A DNA stretch of 64,000 bases from an uncultured Klebsiella sp. (GTDB lineage: Bacteria > Pseudomonadota > Gammaproteobacteria > Ga0077536), in assembly GCA_964555355.1 (NCBI GenBank), contig CAZKRY010000015.1, positions 52,455-116,454 on the forward strand. The letters run 5' to 3'. The notes beneath the pieces were generated by a model. It was not told where the DNA came from and searched no databases. It saw only the letters and a program-made list of their open reading frames with translations. Positions within the stretch are counted from its first letter, which is position 1, and each line of letters opens with the position of its first letter. Below, in pieces: positions 41,651 to 50,534 of the stretch. The position numbers were made by a program, and so were the translations under genes.

Positions 41651-42541
41651 CTGCGTTACCCATCAGTCGATCAAACTGTCGGGAATACCCCACTCGTTCG
41701 CCTGCAACGGTTGCCTGGGGCGACCACCAACACGATCCTCGCCAAGCTTGAGAGTCACAACCCGGCCGGTTCGGTGAAAGACCGACCGGCGCGGCATATG
41801 ATTTCGGGCGCGGAGCAGCGCGGCGAAATCAAACCCGGCGACACCTTGATTGAAGCCACCAGCGGCAATACCGGCATCGCGCTCGCGATGGTCGCCGCGA
41901 TGCGTGGTTACCGTTTGATCCTCATCATGCCGGACAACATGACCGAAGAGCGTCGCGCCTACATGAAGGCTTACGGTGCCGAGATTATTCTCGTACCGAA
42001 AGACGGTGGCATGGAGGCGGCGATCGATCTCGCACGCTGCATGGAGAAAGATGGCGAAGGACGTGTGCTTGACCAGTTTTCGAACCCCGACAATCCGCGC
42101 GCGCATTACGAGACCACGGGGCCAGAGATTTGGCGAGATACGGACGGCGAGATCACGCATTTCGTCAGCGCGATGGGCACCACCGGCACCATCATGGGCA
42201 CCGGGCGCTATCTCAAGGAGCGTAAGCGCGAGATTCAGATTATCGGTGTGCAGCCCCTTGATGGCGCGAGTATCCCGGGGATCCGCCGCTGGCGGGAACC
42301 TTACGTGCCGGCCATCTACGAGCGCCGGCATATTGATCGTTTGCTTGATGTCTCGCAGAAAGAAGCAGAAGAAACCGCGCGTCGCCTCGCACGCGAAGAA
42401 GGCATTTTCGCCGGTATCTCAGCCGGCGGCGCGCTGGCGGTCGCGCTGCGAATCGCCCAAGAAGTCACCGCTGCCACCATCGTCACCATCATCTGCGATC
42501 GCGGCGATCGCTACCTCTCGACACGCGTCTTTTCCGGCTGA
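41651..42541 (+). CDS. cysM: Cysteine synthase B (probable CTG start)
   Basis: PAGSVKDR (PLP Lys), EATSGNTGI, MGTTGT. The conserved N-terminal YPS..TVGNTPLVRL lies upstream of the track's TTG 41711 and begins at CTG 41651. Confidence 0.92.
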   Translation: MRYPSVDQTVGNTPLVRLQRLPGATTNTILAKLESHNPAGSVKDRPARHMISGAEQRGEIKPGDTLIEATSGNTGIALAMVAAMRGYRLILIMPDNMTEERRAYMKAYGAEIILVPKDGGMEAAIDLARCMEKDGEGRVLDQFSNPDNPRAHYETTGPEIWRDTDGEITHFVSAMGTTGTIMGTGRYLKERKREIQIIGVQPLDGASIPGIRRWREPYVPAIYERRHIDRLLDVSQKEAEETARRLAREEGIFAGISAGGALAVALRIAQEVTAATIVTIICDRGDRYLSTRVFSG

Positions 42542-42547
42542 GTACGC

Positions 42548-43333
42548 ATGAATTTCAATTGTTTGGTGTTCGATATCGAAACCGTACCGGATACCGCGGG
42601 CGCCCGGCGACTGTGGGGTCTCGACGGTCTGAGCGACGAAGATGTCGCGAAAGTCATGGTCGCCAAACGCCAGCAAGAAACCGGTGGCGAAGTGGAATTT
42701 CTGCGCCACCATCTACAACGCGTGGTCGCCATCGCCGCGGTGTTCCGACATGACGAGCGATTGACGGTATGGTCGCTCGGCGAAGAGGATTCCAGCGAGG
42801 CTGAACTCTTGAAGCGCTTCTACGACGGTGTCGAGCGCTATTCGCCCACCCTGGTGTCGTGGAACGGGGGTGGCTTCGACTTGCCGGTGCTGCACTACCG
42901 CGCGCTCATCAACGGCGTTAACGCCGCGCGTTACTGGGAAACCGGGCATGACGACAGTAGCTTTCGCTACAACAATTACCTAAGCCGCTATCACTGGCGG
43001 CATCTCGATCTCATGGATGTACTCTCAGGCTACCAGCCACGCGCGACCGCCAAGCTCGATGAGATCGCGACCTTGATGGGTTTGCCGGGTAAATTCGGCA
43101 TGAGTGGTGTCGATGTGTGGCCCCGCTATCTGGCGGGCGGACTCGCCGAGATCCGCGCGTACTGCGAAACCGATGTGTTGAATACTTATCTTGTGTATCT
43201 CGCTTTTGAGCGCATGCGTGGCCATCTGCTTGACGCGCAGTACACGGAAGAAATTGCACGGGTCAGAGCTTATCTCGCTGAGCAACGCAAGCCGCACTTC
43301 GACGCTTTCTTGGCCGCTTGGCCGGCGGCATGA
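42548..43333 (+). CDS. PolB-like 3'-5' exonuclease family protein
   Basis: VFDIETVPD, WNGGGFDLPVL, HLDLMDVL, YCETDV (DEDD); usual cysM-rlmD neighbour. Confidence 0.85.
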   Translation: MNFNCLVFDIETVPDTAGARRLWGLDGLSDEDVAKVMVAKRQQETGGEVEFLRHHLQRVVAIAAVFRHDERLTVWSLGEEDSSEAELLKRFYDGVERYSPTLVSWNGGGFDLPVLHYRALINGVNAARYWETGHDDSSFRYNNYLSRYHWRHLDLMDVLSGYQPRATAKLDEIATLMGLPGKFGMSGVDVWPRYLAGGLAEIRAYCETDVLNTYLVYLAFERMRGHLLDAQYTEEIARVRAYLAEQRKPHFDAFLAAWPAA

Positions 43334-44646
43334 GTTCGCATAAAAAGGATCTTCCGCGCGAGTACGACGTCACCATCGAACGGCTCTCGCACGAAGGCCG
43401 CGGAGTGGCGCATTTCCAGGGGAAAACGGTGTTTGTGGCCGATGCCTTGCCCGGCGAACAGGTCCACGCCAAAGTCATGCGCCGGCACCGTCGTTACGAT
43501 GAGGCGCGCGCTGAGCGCATTGAAAACCCGCATGCTGATCGCGTCATACCAGTATGCGCGCATGCCGCGTTATGTGGCGGATGCTCGCTCCAACATCTTT
43601 CGAGCGCGGCACAGCTCGCGCATAAACAAGGCGTGCTACTTGAATTATTGAAACACCAAGCCAATACCGCGCCGCGCGAAATCATCCCGACGGTGACGGG
43701 GGAGTTATGGGGCTATCGGCGCCGCGCGCGTCTGTCCGTGCGCGTAGTGCCCAAGAAAGGTGGGGCGATCGTCGGCTTTCGGGAAAAGGCTTCGCACTTT
43801 GTCACTGCTATTGATCATTGCGCGGTACTGGTGCCGAGTATCGGAGCGCGTTTGCCGGAGTTACGCGCCTTGCTCGATAAGTTGAGCATCGTATCTTTGA
43901 TTCCGCAGATTGAAGTCGCGGCCGACGATGACGTGGCCGTACTCGTCATTCGACATCAGGCACCGCCCACCGCGGACGATCACGCGCTTTTGCGCGAATT
44001 CGCCGAACGCACGGGGCTACGGATCTGTTTGCAAGCGGGTGACCGGGGCACGTTGCTGCCGCTCTCGGGGCCGCTTACTTTGCATTATCGCCTAGGTGAG
44101 TTGGTCTTCGAGTTTCTTCCAGGGGATTTCGTCCAGGTAAATGCCGGGCTTAATTCGGCGTTGGTCGAGTGCGCATTGGCGTGCCTTAAGCCCACGCTCC
44201 ACGACGATGTCGCTGATCTCTTCTCCGGTCTTGGTAATTTCACGTTACCGCTCGCTACGCATGCGCATGAGGTAATCGGCTTTGAAGGTGACGCCGGGTT
44301 GGTCGAACGCGCGCGCGCCAACGCCGAGGCGAATGGCTTACCCAATGTCGCGTTTGTGACCGCCGATTTGTACGATTCGCGCGGAGTTACCCAACTAGCA
44401 ACCCGTTCCTTTGCCAAAGTATTGCTCGATCCGCCACGCAGCGGTGCCGAGCTTGCTTTACGCACGCTAGACCTCGCGGCGACTCGGCGCATCGTTTATG
44501 TATCGTGCAATCCGGTCACGCTCGCGCGCGATACGGCGATCCTCGTGCGCGATCGTGGCTTTGTGTTACGCGCGGCCGGTATCATCGATATGTTCCCGCA
44601 TACTTCGCATGTGGAATCGATTGCTGTTTTTGAGCCGGCGCGCTGA
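43330..44646 (+). CDS. rlmD: 23S rRNA (uracil1939-C5)-methyltransferase RlmD
   Basis: TRAM domain, Fe-S CxxxxxCGGC, DLFSGLGNF, LDPPRSG, YVSCNP. Confidence 0.94.
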   Translation: MSSHKKDLPREYDVTIERLSHEGRGVAHFQGKTVFVADALPGEQVHAKVMRRHRRYDEARAERIENPHADRVIPVCAHAALCGGCSLQHLSSAAQLAHKQGVLLELLKHQANTAPREIIPTVTGELWGYRRRARLSVRVVPKKGGAIVGFREKASHFVTAIDHCAVLVPSIGARLPELRALLDKLSIVSLIPQIEVAADDDVAVLVIRHQAPPTADDHALLREFAERTGLRICLQAGDRGTLLPLSGPLTLHYRLGELVFEFLPGDFVQVNAGLNSALVECALACLKPTLHDDVADLFSGLGNFTLPLATHAHEVIGFEGDAGLVERARANAEANGLPNVAFVTADLYDSRGVTQLATRSFAKVLLDPPRSGAELALRTLDLAATRRIVYVSCNPVTLARDTAILVRDRGFVLRAAGIIDMFPHTSHVESIAVFEPAR

Positions 44647-46123
44647 GCGCGTCGCATGGCTGGTTGCGGTTTGCTGCTTCTGCGCGTGTACCGCGCCGCC
44701 GGAGGCGCTGCGTTTTGGACTCGCCGCGGCGCCCGCGACCTTGGACCCGCGCTACTATACCGATGCCGCGGCCGCGCGGATCGGCCGTCTCATCTTCGAG
44801 CAATTGGTCGATTTCGATCTAGCCTTTGAGCCGGTGCCCGCGCTCGCCGACTGGGTGCTGATCGCGCCGACGCAATATCGCTTCACATTGCGTCGCGCGA
44901 GCCATTTTCATGACGGTACGCGTCTCACCGCGCAGGACATCGCGGCGACATATCGCGCGGTTCTCACGCCTACGAGTACGTCACCACATCGCGGCACACT
45001 CAATAACATCGCGCGCGTCGAAGTGCTGGCACCCGAGACGATCGATTTTTACCTGCGCCGGCCGGATCCGCTCTTCCCGGGTTTGTTGACCCTCGGCATC
45101 CTACCTGCTCGGCAAGCGGCGTCACCGCAAGTGCTGTCGTCACCAATCGGTTCCGGACCCTTTGTATTGGAGCGGCAAACGGCGCCCGAGCACGTACAGC
45201 TAACCCGCCGCCAGGATGGTCAGCGCCTCGAGTTCTTAACGATCACGAGCGAAACCACCCGTGCCTTGAAGCTCGCGCGTGGTGAGCTTGATATTTTGCA
45301 GGGCGGCTTGTCGCCTGAGACGACACGCTGGCTCGCGCGGCAGCCCGAGGTGCGCGTGTCGCAGCGGCCGGGCACGGTGTTTTCGTACATTGGCACGAAC
45401 CTGGCGCACGGTCCCACCAGTCAGCGTAAAGTGCGGGAAGCATTGCTGCTCGCGCTTGATCGCGAGGCGATCTTGCACTATCTGTTGAACGATCAGGGCC
45501 GGCGCGCCGAAACATTGCTCGTGCCCGAACATTGGGCCGCGGCGAAGTTAAACGGCCCGGCGCGTGATCTGACGGCAGCACGGCGCGCGCTTGCCGCGGC
45601 TGGATTCGGTGTGGCACGGCCGCTGCGGCTCGAACTCAAGACCTCCAGCGATGCTTTCCGGCGCCGGCTCGCGACCGTTCTGCAGCAGCAATGGCGCGAG
45701 GCGGGGATCGAAGTCACGCTCAAGAGTTATGATTGGGGTACGTTTTACGGCGACGTCAAAGCCGGGCGGTTCGATTTGTATCTTTTATCGTGGGTGGGTT
45801 TGCAGTTGCCGGATATTTTTCGCCAGGCATTTCATAGCGATTCGCGGCCGCCGCGCGGCGCGAATCGCGGCGGTTACGTCAATGCCGAAGTGGACGCGCT
45901 GATCGACACCGCCGAGCGCGCGACAAACCTTCATGCGCGCATTCGCGACTATCGCGCGCTCCAAGCGCTGTTGCTGCGCGATCTACCGTATTTACCATTG
46001 TGGTTCGAAGACACCCTCATTGTCCAACGCACGCGCGTGCATGGCTACGATACCGATCTTCACGCCGATTACGACGGATTAACTCGTGCTAAGTTGATTG
46101 CCGACGATGCTGCCACGCATTGA
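44609..46123 (+). CDS. Family-5 (peptide/nickel) ABC transporter substrate-binding lipoprotein
   Basis: Lipobox-like FCAC, TLDPR, LRRASHFHDG, PIGSGPF, VREALLLALDR. Start uncertain. Confidence 0.85.
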   Translation: MWNRLLFLSRRAERVAWLVAVCCFCACTAPPEALRFGLAAAPATLDPRYYTDAAAARIGRLIFEQLVDFDLAFEPVPALADWVLIAPTQYRFTLRRASHFHDGTRLTAQDIAATYRAVLTPTSTSPHRGTLNNIARVEVLAPETIDFYLRRPDPLFPGLLTLGILPARQAASPQVLSSPIGSGPFVLERQTAPEHVQLTRRQDGQRLEFLTITSETTRALKLARGELDILQGGLSPETTRWLARQPEVRVSQRPGTVFSYIGTNLAHGPTSQRKVREALLLALDREAILHYLLNDQGRRAETLLVPEHWAAAKLNGPARDLTAARRALAAAGFGVARPLRLELKTSSDAFRRRLATVLQQQWREAGIEVTLKSYDWGTFYGDVKAGRFDLYLLSWVGLQLPDIFRQAFHSDSRPPRGANRGGYVNAEVDALIDTAERATNLHARIRDYRALQALLLRDLPYLPLWFEDTLIVQRTRVHGYDTDLHADYDGLTRAKLIADDAATH

Positions 46124-46589
46124 AATTGATATCACCTCGCAATGCCTGCAGCTTTGGCGGGATGAGGCGTGCATTGCCGAATATGCCGTATCCACGGCGA
46201 CCAACGGCCCCGGCGAGCGCATGCATAGCGAATGCACTCCGCGCGGTGCGCATGTGATCGCGGCGAAAATTGGTGCCGATGCGCCGCTCAATACCGTATT
46301 CAAAGGGCGCGTGCCGACCGGCGAGATTTACTCGCCCAAATACGCCGTGACCCAGCCGACCGGGCGAGACTGGATCCTGACGCGCATTCTGTGGTTGGCC
46401 GGATGCACGCCTGGCGTTAATCAAGGCGGCGACTGCGATACCTACCGCCGTTTCATTTACATTCACGGCACCCCCGACGAAACACCGCTGGGGCGCGCGG
46501 GATCACGCGGCTGCATTCGCATGCGCAATGCGGATGTGGTTGCGCTGTTTGAGCAAGTCCATATCGGTACGGAAGTGAATCTCAAATGA
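46098..46589 (+). CDS. Stand-alone signal-less YkuD-domain protein, ElsL-like (candidate cytoplasmic L,D-carboxypeptidase)
   Basis: TPRG, PTGEIY, RDWILTRILWL, IYIHGTPD, GSRGCIRM; no signal peptide or TM helix. Confidence 0.8.
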   Translation: MPTMLPRIEIDITSQCLQLWRDEACIAEYAVSTATNGPGERMHSECTPRGAHVIAAKIGADAPLNTVFKGRVPTGEIYSPKYAVTQPTGRDWILTRILWLAGCTPGVNQGGDCDTYRRFIYIHGTPDETPLGRAGSRGCIRMRNADVVALFEQVHIGTEVNLK

Positions 46590-47410
46590 CTGAACTCCCC
46601 AAATTTGAAACGTTGGCGCTGACGCTTGACGGTAATGTCGCGAAACTTGCACTCAATCGACCGGACAAAGCGAATTCGATGTCGTCCACGCTGTGGCATG
46701 AATTACAAGCAGCTTGCGAGTGGTTCGATGCGACTCCGGCGGTGCGAGTAATCATTCTTTGCGGTAACGGCAAACATTTTTGCGCCGGGATCGATCTCGC
46801 CTTGCTACAAAGTCTGCAAGCGGAGGTGGCGGAGCTACCCGCCGGTCATCGGCAGGAGCGTCTGCGTCGGCGCATCACGGTTTTGCAGAACTGTATCAGC
46901 GCGTTTGAAGCCTGTCGCAAACCGGTCATCGCGGCCATTCACGGGGTGTGTGTCGGCGGCGGCATCGATTTGATCACGGCCTGCGACATCCGTTACGCGA
47001 CGCTCGATGCTAGATTCTGTGTGAAGGAAATCGATCTCGCGATTGTCGCCGACGTGGGCACGCTACAGCGCCTACCACGCATCGTCGGCGAGGGAGTGGC
47101 CCGCGAATTGGTGCTCACCGCGCGCGAAGTGCGTGGCGAAGAAGCACGCGAGCTGAAGCTCGTCAATCGCGTGTTTGCGACCGAGGAGGAGATGATGGCG
47201 GCGGCGAGCGAAGTGGCAAAGGCCATTGCCGACAAGTCACCGCTTGCCGTGCGCGGTACCAAGGAAATGTTGAACTATAGCCGCGATCATTCGGTTGCGG
47301 CCGGACTCGACTATGTCGCGGCAAAAAACGCGAGCCTGCTGTTCGCGCCCGATGTTACCGAGGCGGCCGCTGCGTTCATGCAGAAGCGGCGGCCTCGATT
47401 TGAGGATTGA
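46586..47410 (+). CDS. Crotonase / enoyl-CoA hydratase family (dienoyl-CoA isomerase-like)
   Basis: LNRPDKANSM, FCAGIDL, CVGGGIDL, ADVGTLQRLP. Confidence 0.9.
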   Translation: MTELPKFETLALTLDGNVAKLALNRPDKANSMSSTLWHELQAACEWFDATPAVRVIILCGNGKHFCAGIDLALLQSLQAEVAELPAGHRQERLRRRITVLQNCISAFEACRKPVIAAIHGVCVGGGIDLITACDIRYATLDARFCVKEIDLAIVADVGTLQRLPRIVGEGVARELVLTAREVRGEEARELKLVNRVFATEEEMMAAASEVAKAIADKSPLAVRGTKEMLNYSRDHSVAAGLDYVAAKNASLLFAPDVTEAAAAFMQKRRPRFED

Positions 47411-47432
47411 GGTCGGCGTATGGTCTGCATAG

Positions 47433-47912
47433 CTACGGCGCTTTCGCCTCACGCATGAGTTCGCGTACGAAACGTTTGATGTGTAAATCGTAAAGCACCA
47501 ATTCGCCGCCGACTTTGACGGCGGCGATCGCGAGGCGCCCGATCAACATCAATAACAAAATCGCAAACACCCATGCGACGAAATACGTCAGTCGGATGTT
47601 TTGGACCGGTTCTGGCGCAGTATTGGCTTTTTCCAGCATGTCGGCTGGGGTTGTGTCGTCGTTTACGGGATGGCGCTCGACGCTCGCGATGCTGCGATCG
47701 AGATGCGAACCGGCTTCGATGGCATCGGCAAAGCGCTCAATTTTGCGCGGATCGCTGTACAGCGACCATGCTTCGGCAATGACCGCGAGCGCGATCCACA
47801 AGCCCACCGCCAAGAGGACCATGCCGCTCGCGCGGACGATGAGATGAGCGATTTGCGTGGTACGACCCAACGCGTCCGGCGCGGGATCGGATTCAAATTG
47901 ATAGCGAGCCAC
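47433..47912 (-). CDS. Hypothetical membrane protein (two TM helices)
   Basis: Two hydrophobic segments flanking a polar loop of about 60 aa; fills the gap between flanking genes; GGAG-like RBS upstream. Confidence 0.6.
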   Translation of the reverse strand: MARYQFESDPAPDALGRTTQIAHLIVRASGMVLLAVGLWIALAVIAEAWSLYSDPRKIERFADAIEAGSHLDRSIASVERHPVNDDTTPADMLEKANTAPEPVQNIRLTYFVAWVFAILLLMLIGRLAIAAVKVGGELVLYDLHIKRFVRELMREAKAP

Positions 47913-48027
47913 GTAAGCCTCCGGTGCCTAAATTCCTCCGCACTGTAAGCCGAGCCATCGTCGACACGCAACTTGAACATCTACAAAGCACGTTTTTCAA
48001 TTGGCGGCGTAATCTTTACTTTACGAT

Positions 48028-48966
48028 ATGGCAACTACTAGCCCGTTATCCCGCATGATGTCTCAGATCATGAGCGCCGCCGTCACGATTATCGGCGTCA
48101 CACTGCTCGTGTTCGCGCTGCTTCACCTCGTGCCGGGAGATCCCATCGATGCGATGCTGGGCGAACAAGCGAGTGGTGCCGATCGCGCCGCATTGCGTGC
48201 GGCGCTCGGACTCGATGCGCCGCTAACCACGCAACTCGTGCGCTACTACCACAATCTGGTTCGACTCGAGCTGGGCGACTCGCTGCACAATCAACTACCG
48301 GTTGCCGCATTGTTGGCCGCGCGCGCGCCTTACACGTTGGGGCTCGCGCTCGTCGCGAGCGCGATTGCGCTCTTGATCGCGCTGCCGCTCGGGATCGCGA
48401 GTGCGCTGCGCGTTGATGGGCTAGCCGATCGCGCGAGCACGCTGCTCGCGGTAGTGGGCGCGGCGATTCCAAGCTTTGTCCTCGGCCCGGGGCTGCTCGT
48501 CATCTTTGCCGTTTGGCTGCCGTGGCTGCCGGTCGGTGGTGCGGACTCATTACTGAGCGTCATCCTTCCGGCGGCGACGCTTGGGCTTGGGATCGCCGCG
48601 CTGCTCACGCGCCAACTGCGCGCCGCCGTGCTCGCCGTGTTGAATGAGCCTTTTCTGGTCGCTGCCGCGGCACGCGGCTTGTCGACTCGACGCGTTCTGC
48701 GGCGGCATACGCTGCCGAACGCGCTCGTTCCGTGCCTCACCGTTTTTGGCATGCAACTCGGCGCGTTACTCGGCGGCGCGGTGATTACCGAGACGGTGTT
48801 TGCGTGGCCAGGCCTCGGTACGCTCACGATCGATGCCATTCAACGTCGCGATTATCCGGTCGTGCAGGGCTGTGTGCTGGCCATCGCGTGCACCTACGTC
48901 CTAGTGAATCTCGCAACGGAGCTCGTTTGTGCGTGGCTCGATCCGCGGCTTGGACAAAAGCCATGA
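48028..48966 (+). CDS. Peptide ABC transporter permease (DppB/OppB-like)
   Basis: LVPGDPIDAMLG, LELGDSL, EAA-loop ARGLSTRRV..HTLPNAL, ETVFAWPGLG, RDYPVVQG. Confidence 0.9.
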   Translation: MATTSPLSRMMSQIMSAAVTIIGVTLLVFALLHLVPGDPIDAMLGEQASGADRAALRAALGLDAPLTTQLVRYYHNLVRLELGDSLHNQLPVAALLAARAPYTLGLALVASAIALLIALPLGIASALRVDGLADRASTLLAVVGAAIPSFVLGPGLLVIFAVWLPWLPVGGADSLLSVILPAATLGLGIAALLTRQLRAAVLAVLNEPFLVAAAARGLSTRRVLRRHTLPNALVPCLTVFGMQLGALLGGAVITETVFAWPGLGTLTIDAIQRRDYPVVQGCVLAIACTYVLVNLATELVCAWLDPRLGQKP

Positions 48967-49763
48967 AGCGCTGGCTCAATCAGCATCTATGGTGGTGCGT
49001 GGTACTCGCATGGTTGGCGGCCGCCGCGCTCGGGCCGGCATTGGAAGCACGCGCGAATCGCTTGAGTCTCCCACAAATGTTCGCCGCACCCTCGTTGAGT
49101 ACCGTGCTCGGTACGGATGAACTTGGCCGCGACATCCTGGCACGTGTTGCCTTGGGCGCCACGGTCACGTTGCCGATAGCACTTGCGGTGGTCGTGCTTT
49201 CGCTCACCTTGGGCAGTGCGCTTGGCGTGTTCGCCGCCATCGTTGGCGGCGCGTTCGAGCGCACGCTGTTGCGTATCACCGAAGTATTTCAAGCCTTCCC
49301 CGGGTTACTGCTCGCCATTGCGCTGGCTGGGGTACTCGGTCCCGGAAGTGGCAATGTGGTCATCGCGTTGTGCGTCGTGAGTTGGGTTGGATTTGCGCGA
49401 CTGGCGCGCGCGCAAACCAATATCATCAAGACCCGCGAACACGTGCTGGTGGCAACGTCGTTGGGCGTCACACCGGCAAAGATTATCGGGCGGCATCTGT
49501 TGCCCCTGCTCGCCGGACCGCTGTTAGTTGAAGCGACGTTTCTATTTGGGGGAAGTATCGCGGCCGAAGCTGGCATGAGTTTCTTAGGGCTAGGCGCGCA
49601 ACCGCCCACCCCATCGTGGGGCAATATGCTGCGCGAGGCCACCCAATACTGGCTCTCCGCACCGCATCTATTACTTGGCCCGGGTTTCGCGATCGTCTCG
49701 CTGGTACTCGCCGTGCAAGTGGGAGCCGAACGCCTTCGCCAGAAGTGGCAGACGCCGCGCTAG
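48963..49763 (+). CDS. Peptide ABC transporter permease (DppC/OppC-like)
   Basis: LGTDELGRDIL, AFPGLLLAI, LSFLG-like MSFLGLG..PPTPSWGNML. Start moved to ATG 48963. Confidence 0.9.
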   Translation: MKRWLNQHLWWCVVLAWLAAAALGPALEARANRLSLPQMFAAPSLSTVLGTDELGRDILARVALGATVTLPIALAVVVLSLTLGSALGVFAAIVGGAFERTLLRITEVFQAFPGLLLAIALAGVLGPGSGNVVIALCVVSWVGFARLARAQTNIIKTREHVLVATSLGVTPAKIIGRHLLPLLAGPLLVEATFLFGGSIAAEAGMSFLGLGAQPPTPSWGNMLREATQYWLSAPHLLLGPGFAIVSLVLAVQVGAERLRQKWQTPR

Positions 49764-49794
49764 ATCACTGCTCCAAAAGACGCGCGCGGCGCAA

Positions 49795-49907
49795 GGCCGG
49801 GATGCGGATGACTTGCTTCGGGACACGCCACGAGTACGTCCCTGTAGGCTCGCGAAAATACATCCTGTATTTTCACGGTCCCCAAGCAAGTCATCCGCAT
49901 CCCGGCC
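49795..49907. repeat. 113-bp element with 30-bp terminal inverted repeats and two internal hairpins (MITE-like or structured RNA)
   Basis: 49795-49824 pairs with 49878-49907 at 29 of 30 positions. Internal hairpins have loops GTCCCT (49838-43) and ATCCT (49862-66). Lies between convergent genes. Confidence 0.8.
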
Positions 49908-49952
49908 GGATATTGGCACCGACTATCCGAGAATTCTTAGCTACCCGCTTAG

Positions 49953-50414
49953 TTATTCACAAGGTGTGCAGCGAAAAACCGGGATATCGCGAGTCGTGCG
50001 TCGTTGGTACAGATCAAAATCCCGATAGTGTTGGCAGCACAGTGGCCATACCGCGGCTTTTTCGGTCGTGCTCAAACATGTCGCGAGATATGGCCCACGT
50101 TTTCCTCGACACTCGATTTCGATGCGTGGATGGGCTGTCAAGTTGTAGTACCAACTAGGATGATGTGGTCCCCCCGCGAAAGATGCGACCAGCAATACCG
50201 CATCGCCCTCCGGCACGTACATCAACGGCAAGGACAGCGCCCGCCCGCTCTTCGCCCCGATCATGTGAACCATGCACACGTCACCGCCGCCGAACGCCGC
50301 GCCGATTCGCCCGCCGGAACCGCGATAAAGCGCCAGGTGTAGCCGCGACATCCAGCGCGCCAGCGGCTTGAGCAGGCGATATTGACCTTCGGTAATCGGA
50401 CGTGGTGTCGTCAT
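49953..50414 (-). CDS. Deazaflavin (F420)-dependent nitroreductase family protein (Ddn/FDOR-A-like)
   Basis: GAKSGR...PLMY, VASFAGGPHHPSWYYNL, YQRRTTRDIPVF. Confidence 0.85.
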   Translation of the reverse strand: MTTPRPITEGQYRLLKPLARWMSRLHLALYRGSGGRIGAAFGGGDVCMVHMIGAKSGRALSLPLMYVPEGDAVLLVASFAGGPHHPSWYYNLTAHPRIEIECRGKRGPYLATCLSTTEKAAVWPLCCQHYRDFDLYQRRTTRDIPVFRCTPCE

Positions 50415-50534
50415 GGCGGAGACTCCCAGGTGGGTTAATACGTGTCAGTGTAATGGGTTTCGTACGCGCCGGTGCGCATACGCTGGGCCAGGTGCCCTGC
50501 TAGAATTGTTCCTCCCTGCTTGCATGAGGCGCAC

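Noticed and set aside
41079-42331. Long antisense ORFs (41079-41693, 41663-42331; likewise 34922-35617, 32124-32744, 8562-9089)
   Set aside because: They lie fully opposite well-supported genes, lack recognisable motifs, and are expected shadows in GC-rich DNA.
49953-49961. DnaA box TTATTCACA
   Set aside because: A single copy that is just the last codons and stop of the Ddn-like gene; no oriC context.
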